A stretch of 64,000 nucleotides of DNA. It comes from Candidatus Altimarinota bacterium (lineage in GTDB: Bacteria; Patescibacteriota; Gracilibacteria; CAIRYL01). The stretch lies in assembly GCA_965250085.1 (NCBI GenBank), contig OZ252287.1, positions 1,184,001 through 1,248,000 of the forward strand, written 5' to 3'. Below, piece after piece: positions 56,359 through 64,000 of the stretch; the stretch's first letter is position 1, and each line of letters begins with the position of its first letter. Both the position numbers and the translations under genes were made by a program. Under the pieces are notes generated by a model that had not been told where the DNA came from, ran no database searches, and saw nothing but the letters and a program-made list of their open reading frames with translations.

Positions 56359-59121
56359 TTAATACACATCTGCGCAGCATCGAACATACACTCCAGTAGC
56401 GGCTGACGCCAGTGTACATTCTGGCGGCCAGGTTTCTAAAAATTGATAATTCGGCAAGAGTTCGCTTCCACTACGAGTCCAATAGCTGTTGGTGCCACAA
56501 GAAGTTGATGACCATATCCTTGTATTATCATACCCGCACCCGGTTCCGGCAGGATCCATATCCGCAATCTCGGCGATAGTACACAGTCTGGCACCAGCGT
56601 TTTCACAGAATGCTTTTGCGGCACTGTAGGTCATTTCTCCGGAACATCCAGTCAGTGGTGCTGCATCAGATTCTCCACACACATTGGGGTTCCCGGTCGC
56701 GGCATTTGTCCAGCCCAAAGTGGCGCACGATGATTCGCTGACGCAGGCGTTCAAACTCAGAGGCGGAGTATCCAGACTATAATCTTGAGAAAGCTGAGAA
56801 ACATCATAGCTGTGTTCTGTTAAAGAGCAGAGATCATTCTCTACCTGGTTCTTAAATTGTGATATGAGAGATCCCTCTGGATCGAGAGCATCATCGGAAA
56901 GCCCCAATTGATTTGGCAAAGAAAATGAACTATAGATCGCATCTATATCATCTGCCTGTATTGCTGTGAGCGTGCTATTGCTTGTTACCTCTCCTGTCCC
57001 CAAAAGAAAATTGGCAAAATCTACTCCACAAGTAGTAAGCCACTCGACGAGTTGCCCTCCCTGCAAAGTACTGACTCCATTATAGGTAAAACTGCAGGGC
57101 GTAGCTGCTGTTATGGACTGACTGGTAAAATTAAAATCAGTATTACCCCATGGTGCCGAATTGTTCAGAACTTGGTCAAAAGAGAGTGCGGAAATATCAT
57201 TGAGCTTCTCAAAGCTCCCAAAAGTAGTTTCTGGACGAACCGTAAATCGTATCATTCGCTGATTGCCATTTACGTACATTTCACATCCCACCAGAGTGGT
57301 GTGTTCTTTTCCGTATCCGGAGGGAGTGCCAGCAGTTCCATTATATTTATTGGCATACCCACCGCCTGCACAGGCAACATTGTCAGTACCGTTAGAACCT
57401 CCCCAAATATACGCATCTTCATCCCAGCCGAAATAACCAAATTTATTGGCATTATTGGTCCCTTGCAAATTAATTATTGTCAGTATACGATCTATACTTG
57501 TGGTTGCATCAGAAGCTTTGACGGTAAAGCTATATGTATTACTGCCATTTACTACCCAGTCTGGATTTTGAAGCGTTACCGCATCAAGCACAGGCGGGGT
57601 GCCATCGCTCGTAAAATTGAGGTCATAGTTCGTCCAGCCATTGAGCTGAAAAAATGCATCTCGTGTCCACAGAGAAATGTCATTCAATTGGAAAAAATCT
57701 CCAAATGTTGCTCCTGGTTGAACGGTCCAGGTGACCGTACGCTGTTTTCCAGAAAGAGAGGTCGTACATCCCGTCAAAGTAATATGATCATATCCATAGT
57801 TTGTATTATGTTTACTCGCGTATCCCCCACCAGTACAGGCAATCTGGTCTGTACCAGCCCCTGACCACGTATAGGTATTATTGCGCCAGCTAAAATATCC
57901 ACGCTTATTGGCATTATTGGATCCTTGATAGTTGATAAGACTTCGTATATCAGTTGCTCCCTCACTCATTCCAACTCCATTATCTGTCACCACTGCTATA
58001 ATATTATATGATGTGGTGCCATTCGTTTTCCACCCCTCTGTACCATATTGAGTAATGGTGAGACTGTTCTTTACAGGTGCACTGGTATCCATGCGCACAT
58101 ATACTCCTGACGAAGGAGAGCTTTGCAAGCCGGCGTTATCAACGGCATACCAATAGTAGTATCGATATGTTCCATCAGATGGAAGATGTGTCCCACTTAC
58201 TGTGTGAGTGGTACTCAGACCATTATTTGTGGTGACCCATGCCGTGCATCCCGAAGCATTGTTGGCGCTTCTGCAAAGCTTATAATACGCAACACCAGAT
58301 CCATTGTCTGTCGATCCAGTTGTAGCGGCTACAAAATCCGTATTCACATAGTGATCTCCTTTCCATGTGGTAGTCATGGCTCCCGGCTGAGTGGGTGTAT
58401 CTTCCATCTTCGCAATGGAGCTGGAGAGATACCACGATGACCACAATCCATCACCATTTTGAGCTCTATATTGAAATTGATATGCGGTATTTACTACACC
58501 GGTAAATGTGTAATTGGTACAATTATTCTGGACGGTTGACCATCCGCCAAAGGATCCAGTAGATCCATTGGTTATAGTGGCTTGTCTTCGCTGGAGCTGA
58601 CAGGTACTGACTCCTGATTGAGGATCAGACTCCGTAGTAGTAACGGTCAGTGAAAGATTTGTCACCCATCCATTTGTATACGAAATGGAACGAGTGGGAG
58701 CGGTATCATCACTAATAGTAACACTCACGGTGTCATAGCCATTGATACCACCATTGGCAGAATTTCTCAGACGACACCGAGCTGTAGTACTCCCTCCTGA
58801 TGGATACGTTGTCCAGGCATGATTTATTGTTCGACTGGTGACATTATTAGCATTACTCTGATAATCCCAACTCCCATCATTTGTCCAGTCCCAATAGTGT
58901 ATCCATGAACTGGTACAGTCTCCAGAAGCGTTTAATGCTTTCGACTGCATCGCAACATTTTCTCCTACATCTGCTGGATTGGGACCGTTATTAAAACACT
59001 GAGTATCAAAAGTACAAGCGGCAGAAGCACTCTGCGTGTCTAGAAACAGGAACAGCCCCATTCCCAAAAAGGCGAGAAAGATGAGTTTGATATGACGAAA
59101 GGAAAAAGGGAAAGAGGACAT
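56359..59121 (-). CDS. Secreted multidomain surface protein (PKD/Ig-like domains, duplicated ~165-aa repeat, C-type-lectin-like C-terminus)
   Basis: Signal peptide; two copies of INxQGxNNANKxGYFxW...ACxGGGYA...LNDIS; C-terminal FCENAGARLCT...VRCCAD. Confidence 0.88.
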   Translation of the reverse strand: MSSFPFSFRHIKLIFLAFLGMGLFLFLDTQSASAACTFDTQCFNNGPNPADVGENVAMQSKALNASGDCTSSWIHYWDWTNDGSWDYQSNANNVTSRTINHAWTTYPSGGSTTARCRLRNSANGGINGYDTVSVTISDDTAPTRSISYTNGWVTNLSLTVTTTESDPQSGVSTCQLQRRQATITNGSTGSFGGWSTVQNNCTNYTFTGVVNTAYQFQYRAQNGDGLWSSWYLSSSIAKMEDTPTQPGAMTTTWKGDHYVNTDFVAATTGSTDNGSGVAYYKLCRSANNASGCTAWVTTNNGLSTTHTVSGTHLPSDGTYRYYYWYAVDNAGLQSSPSSGVYVRMDTSAPVKNSLTITQYGTEGWKTNGTTSYNIIAVVTDNGVGMSEGATDIRSLINYQGSNNANKRGYFSWRNNTYTWSGAGTDQIACTGGGYASKHNTNYGYDHITLTGCTTSLSGKQRTVTWTVQPGATFGDFFQLNDISLWTRDAFFQLNGWTNYDLNFTSDGTPPVLDAVTLQNPDWVVNGSNTYSFTVKASDATTSIDRILTIINLQGTNNANKFGYFGWDEDAYIWGGSNGTDNVACAGGGYANKYNGTAGTPSGYGKEHTTLVGCEMYVNGNQRMIRFTVRPETTFGSFEKLNDISALSFDQVLNNSAPWGNTDFNFTSQSITAATPCSFTYNGVSTLQGGQLVEWLTTCGVDFANFLLGTGEVTSNSTLTAIQADDIDAIYSSFSLPNQLGLSDDALDPEGSLISQFKNQVENDLCSLTEHSYDVSQLSQDYSLDTPPLSLNACVSESSCATLGWTNAATGNPNVCGESDAAPLTGCSGEMTYSAAKAFCENAGARLCTIAEIADMDPAGTGCGYDNTRIWSSTSCGTNSYWTRSGSELLPNYQFLETWPPECTLASAATGVYVRCCADVY

Positions 59122-59154
59122 AAGGAAAGGGAATATAAAAGGATAGGCTTTTGT

Positions 59155-60222
59155 CTATGAAACACTCTTGCAATATTCTTGCCCAGCTTCTGAAGAAAGA
59201 TTATCACAATATTCTTTTTTCTGCTCCTCCTGAGCTTTGGAGAGCCAGTATTCATCATTTTGAGCCGTGAGATCGTTCACACACCGGACTTGAAATGTTT
59301 CACTTTGTATTTTAGTGCAATAGGCAGTATCACGATGAATCTTAGCCGCATAATAATTCGCTTCATTTTCACACTGTACCCGAAGTTCTCCATCCAAAAA
59401 GTCAGCACAGTGCGCACTCTCCCCCTCCAGAAGACTAACAGAATCTTCTTCTCTTTTGATCAAAACCTTCATAGATTCTTCACATTCTTGCTGTGACCCT
59501 CTATCGGAAATGTTCAAACAAATGGTGGGATCTTTTTGTTCTGTGGCCTCTCTACTCCAAAAGTAATCATGACATGTCTCGATTGCACCTTGAGTCTTTA
59601 AACTACTACAAAAATCACGCGAATCAGCCAAAAGCAACCCTCTGAGCTGCAACGTATCAAAACAGGTTCTCTGATGAGAAGCGCTGGTGATCTCTTGGCA
59701 ATCCTGCTCAGTATCCGCGATCGATACCAGTGCATTCCCAGAAGATTGCAGACATTTCTCTTTCAGAGAAGCTCTAGTGATTTGAAGACATAAATCTGGC
59801 TTCTTTTGAGAGACAGCCGTTTCGTACAGGACCTGATCATTACAAAAAGCCTTGATTTGTAAATTTGCAATCTCTTTACAAAGCTCAAGATCCCTGTTTT
59901 TGAGGGCTGTATCCATGCGAATGCGATCAAAACATTCGCTTCTGAGATTCTTGTTTTCTATGTCATGACACTGAGATTCATCATTCGCCGCAATAGCTTT
60001 TTGAAATATTTGAATATCTGCTTGTTTTTCGAGTAATTCTGTACGCGACAATGACTCATCACTCTCAGATGGTTGTTGTGGCACTTCTGCAATTTCCGAT
60101 TCTGTAGAATCAAAATCATCATCTTGCATAGGAATTGCCAGTTTTTTAAGAGCAAATACCCCCCCTCCTATCAGGAGAATAATTCCGCAAACAGAGAGGA
60201 ATATTTTGAAAGAAGAAGACAT
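59155..60222 (-). CDS. Membrane-anchored Cys-pair repeat protein
   Basis: N-terminal TM helix; repeated D..xC..I.....x..C helical units. Confidence 0.82.
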   Translation of the reverse strand: MSSSFKIFLSVCGIILLIGGGVFALKKLAIPMQDDDFDSTESEIAEVPQQPSESDESLSRTELLEKQADIQIFQKAIAANDESQCHDIENKNLRSECFDRIRMDTALKNRDLELCKEIANLQIKAFCNDQVLYETAVSQKKPDLCLQITRASLKEKCLQSSGNALVSIADTEQDCQEITSASHQRTCFDTLQLRGLLLADSRDFCSSLKTQGAIETCHDYFWSREATEQKDPTICLNISDRGSQQECEESMKVLIKREEDSVSLLEGESAHCADFLDGELRVQCENEANYYAAKIHRDTAYCTKIQSETFQVRCVNDLTAQNDEYWLSKAQEEQKKEYCDNLSSEAGQEYCKSVS

Positions 60223-60523
60223 TCTATGAGTGATGCGACAATCTTTTCGTGAATTGTACGACAAAAATATTACAAAAACAACGGAGCTATGAAACAGAAG
60301 CCATCTGCCAGCAAGAGAAAAGTCAATAATCACTGACGAATAAAGAATTCAAACCTAAGGATATAATTCCTCATTATTTTTTCGAAATATACATCCTCAT
60401 TAAGGATTCAAAATTCTTTGTTCCTGTTTTCTAAATCATTTCTTAAAAATTTACGCAATTTTCTTGCTTTACAAGAGAGGGTTTCATTCATAATTGATTC
60501 CCATTTTATATGTTTGGAGAATC

Positions 60524-63500
60524 ATGCGTCATATATTTTTTCTAATGGTCACCAGCTTGTTCCTCACTTTGCCTTTTTCAAATTCGATTGCAGAAACAGA
60601 AAATACACAAGTGGTGATTCAAGATTTTTCGGCGATCCTTCTCAATGAAGTAGATCTCACTGCAGAGTTTTTGGAAATCCGGAACTCCGGAGAAGAAGCA
60701 ATTGATGTAAACACTTTTCAGTTTTCAGAACTTTCTGCTGGCAACGAAAAGCGCCACAATTTTTCAGATTCTACAGATGAGCTTATTCTCGAACCTGAAG
60801 AGTTTTTGCTTCTGAATATGTCACGTCTTCTTAACAATACCGGAGAGACTATTCGTATATACTCCAGTGTGGAGAATGATAACCCGCTTCAGGAAGTCGA
60901 AGTTTTAGATCCAGAAACTGGAAAAAGTTTTTCTCGAGATACAAATGGTATTTTTCACTGGGGGGTCCCAACTCCAGGAGCAGAAAACATTTTTGACATG
61001 CCGGAATTGCCACCTGATCCAGAAGAACCGCCTAATCCTGCAAATGAAGAGTATATTCACATTCTTCTGAATGAAGTGGATTTACATGCAGAGTTCCTTG
61101 AAATTTTTAACTCTGGAGAAACAGCAATCGATCTTAGTGCCTTTGAATTCTCAGAACTTTCCGGTACTACTGAAAAAAGGCACTTGTTTCAAAACTTTGC
61201 CAGTGATCTTGTCCTGAATCCAGGAGAGTTTTTGCTTCTGGAAATGAGCTCCAAGCTCAACAACACTGGAGAAGAAGTCCAAATATATACCCACTCCAAT
61301 AGTACGATACCTCTTCAGACTGTGTTGGTGCCCAAACTTGATGAAGGCACTTCGTACGCACGTAATACTGCTGGTGAGTTTCAAAGCACTCTGGGTCCAA
61401 CACCTGGAGATAAAAATAGTATTCAAGTGCCTCCCACCAGTTCAGGAGGATCAAAAAAACCTTCCTCCAGGGGCAAGACAGCTCAGGATTTTTTTAAAAT
61501 TGTATCAGAGGCAAAATCCCTTTCCCATGAGAGAGTTGTTCTTCAGATTTCAGAGGTGGCATTCAAAGATTCCCGACATGACACTATAGAGATTTTTTGT
61601 GCTGGATGTGGAAAAAATGAAGAAACTATCGATCTCAAGGGATTTCGAATATTTGATGACAAAGTTTTTTTTGAGTTCCCTCCAGAGACGTTTGTGACGA
61701 CTGGAGATTATTTGATTCTGGAACTGAAAGCAGGAGAAGAACGTGTGCAAAAGATGCCATATGGATGGAAATTTTTTCTCACCAAAAGCGGACTCACTGG
61801 CACAGATGAAAATTTGATGATCATAGATTCCGCCGGATTTGTAGAAGATGGACTTTGCTGGACAGATCACAATGGAAAATTTTCTCCCGGCGAGAAAGAA
61901 GATATCGGATATATGCGTGCACGACGAGAATGGCTGCAAGGTCAGCAGAATCGTGAGAATGAATGTTTCCCTTCTCAGAGTATAGCGAGTGGAATTTCTG
62001 TTGCGCGAAGAAACGCTCAAGATACCAATACCTCTCATGACTTCTTTCCTACAAATACTTCAACATTTGGAGAGCCGAATTCAGATCCACTTCCGAACTC
62101 TGAGGAGACAGACATAGTGTTTTCTTCTGTTCTTTTTCTCCCAGAGCACAATATGACCTTGCTCAAAATTCAAAACAGAGGCGATCAGGAAACTTCCCTG
62201 GAGGGGTTCTACCTGTATAGAACTGGGAAGAAAAAAGAAAGTTTTTCAGATATATCCTTGAATCCACACCAGGAAACAACAGTGATGCTCAAAAATATTT
62301 CAGCATCTCTTTTGCTTGAACTTCAAGATGCTTGGGGAAATACAGAAGATTTTGTTTGTTTCCATTCACTAAAAACTCCTTTTGACATAGAAGAAATAGA
62401 TATTTTGCGGACGCAGTATATCAAAGAGCAGTGGTCATCCCTCAAAACAGAGGATTGTATTTTATCAGACTTTGCCGATGGAATTCTCAAAAGAGGTCAA
62501 CAGGATACAAACAGTGCAGCAGATTTTCTATTTTCACCTTTTACAAAACTGGAGATGAAAAACTTTTCCCCAATACAAATCACTGGAGTAGAGCCCAATC
62601 CTAAAGGAGAAGATAGCCAGAATGAATGGCTGGAAATTACAACTATTGAAGATATTTTGCAGTTGAATGATTGGATCCTTCTGATAGGAGATGATACCTT
62701 TTTTCTCCCCGATATGTCTCTTGCATCAGGTCAGACGCTTCGCTTCACTGCTGAGGACGGCTTGCCGGTATTGCGCAATACAGATGGGCAGATTCATCTC
62801 CTTTCACCAGAGGGCGTATTACATGAGATACACTGGAAATCAGCCAAGGAAGGAGCGGTGCTCAGAGCAAATGCGGGAGAGCTTTTTTGGGATGAAGTCA
62901 CCTCTCAAGACACGGTCTGGAAAGCTCCGATTTTTGAAATCACTTCTACGCCGATTACGGAACTCGAGATTGTCTCTGTCTTGCCCAATCCGAAAGGAAA
63001 GGATGTCGGCAATGAAACCATTAGTATCAAAAATATCTCAGGAGAGTCCGGAATAATAGAAAATCTTCAATTTTCGAATGGAAAGACCTCAAAAGAGATC
63101 CTTCGTATATTTTTGGAGAAAGATGAAATCAGAACTTTTGTAGGGAAAAAAATGGTTCCAACTCTCAAAAACACCGCAGGAGAAATTTTCCTCACAGATG
63201 TTTCTCAAAATGTGATGGACTCTCTTTCTTGGGTCAAAGCTCGCGACGGAGAGATATTTGGAAAAAGTGGATCTCTTCGACCACCCACCATTAAAAAGAA
63301 AAAAACATCTCTCAAAAAATCTTCCTCCAAGAGATCTTCATCACCCAAAGAAGATATTATTATTACTGGAATATTAAAATCTTTTTCAGAGACATCACTC
63401 TTTATCACACCCTCAGATGGGAGTATTCAAGAATTTTTCTTTGATGCAAAAAATCCTCAGCATATTTTTCTACTTTCTCAAGTGCTGCAAATAGGAGAAC

Positions 63501-63721
63501 CGATAGAACTTTGGCTTTCAGATACATATACCATATTGGATGTAAACACTACGTGGCAGACTCCATTCTTATTGGCCTCTTTATCACCCGCTCTATCGAG
63601 ATCGCCAAAACTTCTGAATAATTCTCTGTTTTTATTCCTCATGCTTTGCAGTGGTATAGGAGCGACTCTCAGCATGATTTTTATTTTTCTCAGGCGTCAG
63701 GAAAGCATAGAGGGGAAGTGA
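60524..63721 (+). CDS. Multi-lamin-tail-domain surface protein with C-terminal TM anchor
   Basis: Repeated LNEVD..EFLEI.N...LNNTGE..TPG..N and PNPKG.D...E.I motifs; N-terminal signal and C-terminal TM helix. Confidence 0.85.
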   Translation: MRHIFFLMVTSLFLTLPFSNSIAETENTQVVIQDFSAILLNEVDLTAEFLEIRNSGEEAIDVNTFQFSELSAGNEKRHNFSDSTDELILEPEEFLLLNMSRLLNNTGETIRIYSSVENDNPLQEVEVLDPETGKSFSRDTNGIFHWGVPTPGAENIFDMPELPPDPEEPPNPANEEYIHILLNEVDLHAEFLEIFNSGETAIDLSAFEFSELSGTTEKRHLFQNFASDLVLNPGEFLLLEMSSKLNNTGEEVQIYTHSNSTIPLQTVLVPKLDEGTSYARNTAGEFQSTLGPTPGDKNSIQVPPTSSGGSKKPSSRGKTAQDFFKIVSEAKSLSHERVVLQISEVAFKDSRHDTIEIFCAGCGKNEETIDLKGFRIFDDKVFFEFPPETFVTTGDYLILELKAGEERVQKMPYGWKFFLTKSGLTGTDENLMIIDSAGFVEDGLCWTDHNGKFSPGEKEDIGYMRARREWLQGQQNRENECFPSQSIASGISVARRNAQDTNTSHDFFPTNTSTFGEPNSDPLPNSEETDIVFSSVLFLPEHNMTLLKIQNRGDQETSLEGFYLYRTGKKKESFSDISLNPHQETTVMLKNISASLLLELQDAWGNTEDFVCFHSLKTPFDIEEIDILRTQYIKEQWSSLKTEDCILSDFADGILKRGQQDTNSAADFLFSPFTKLEMKNFSPIQITGVEPNPKGEDSQNEWLEITTIEDILQLNDWILLIGDDTFFLPDMSLASGQTLRFTAEDGLPVLRNTDGQIHLLSPEGVLHEIHWKSAKEGAVLRANAGELFWDEVTSQDTVWKAPIFEITSTPITELEIVSVLPNPKGKDVGNETISIKNISGESGIIENLQFSNGKTSKEILRIFLEKDEIRTFVGKKMVPTLKNTAGEIFLTDVSQNVMDSLSWVKARDGEIFGKSGSLRPPTIKKKKTSLKKSSSKRSSSPKEDIIITGILKSFSETSLFITPSDGSIQEFFFDAKNPQHIFLLSQVLQIGEPIELWLSDTYTILDVNTTWQTPFLLASLSPALSRSPKLLNNSLFLFLMLCSGIGATLSMIFIFLRRQESIEGK

Positions 63722-63769
63722 CACTATTTTTATTCGGTATGTTATACTCATCCTACTTTTTTGCTGGAT

Positions 63770-64000
63770 ATGAAAGTTATTTCGTGGAATGTAAATGGAC
63801 TTAGAGCAGTAGAACGGAAGGAAGAACTGGAAAAATTTTTGCATAAATACGATCCAGATATTTTTCTCCTTCAGGAGACGAAATCAAAAGAGGAACAGGT
63901 GGAACCCATTACAAAAAAATATTCTGCATATCAGCAATTTTATCACTCTGCGGAAAAACCTGGCTACTCAGGAACAGGTATTTGGATAAAAAAAGAGAGT
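63770..64000 (+). CDS. xth: Exodeoxyribonuclease III (partial, runs off window end)
   Basis: Manual translation gives MKVISWNVNGLRA...PDIFLLQETK...KPGYSGTGIW. Confidence 0.93.
   Translation, partial: MKVISWNVNGLRAVERKEELEKFLHKYDPDIFLLQETKSKEEQVEPITKKYSAYQQFYHSAEKPGYSGTGIWIKKES

Noticed and set aside
60340-60415. CRISPR-like repeat end (aaggattcaaa)
   Set aside because: Only two or three degenerate partial copies, with no regular spacers.

Overview
Bacterial chromosome segment, AT-rich, standard genetic code (TGA ends full-length pgi, murF and murC). Most consistent with a CPR/Patescibacteria genome, probably Peregrinibacteria-like; this is inferred from the VirB2-like pilin, SLH, DKNYY and lamin-tail proteins, the giant Cys-rich surface proteins and many orphan genes. 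Layout: (1) 0-3 kb: glutamate-cysteine ligase divergent from a GGCT-like gene, an M50 protease, rpmB and tRNA-Ser(GGA). (2) 3.1-14.2 kb: an accretion zone at the tRNA. It holds an att-bounded defence island (recombinase relic, XRE regulator, fused REase-MTase plus S subunit, HEPN-like gene), a direct-repeat-flanked wHTH-Fic gene, an ABC exporter, an inverted tRNA fragment and an FNR-PAS fusion. (3) 14-45 kb: housekeeping, redox and pentose-phosphate genes (msrAB, murF, tal, pgi, ferritin, fbp, gnd, zwf, pgl, metG, ybaB, mltG, fmt, murC, pepA), with an IS1595 element inside a DKNYY-SLH pseudogene. (4) 45.8-63.7 kb: a surface-protein cluster (2704-aa protein) interrupted by a RAYT/REP locus, then a partial xth. 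Most notable observations: a 100-bp palindromic repeat inserted in frame in gnd with a flipped inner hairpin; a four-helix-bundle gene bracketed by mutually complementary heptamer arrays; an Ile/Val leader-peptide attenuator in front of an orphan gene; a covarying structured repeat in the island; and a frameshifted lipoprotein signal on MsrAB. All family assignments come from motif recognition by eye, not from database searches.
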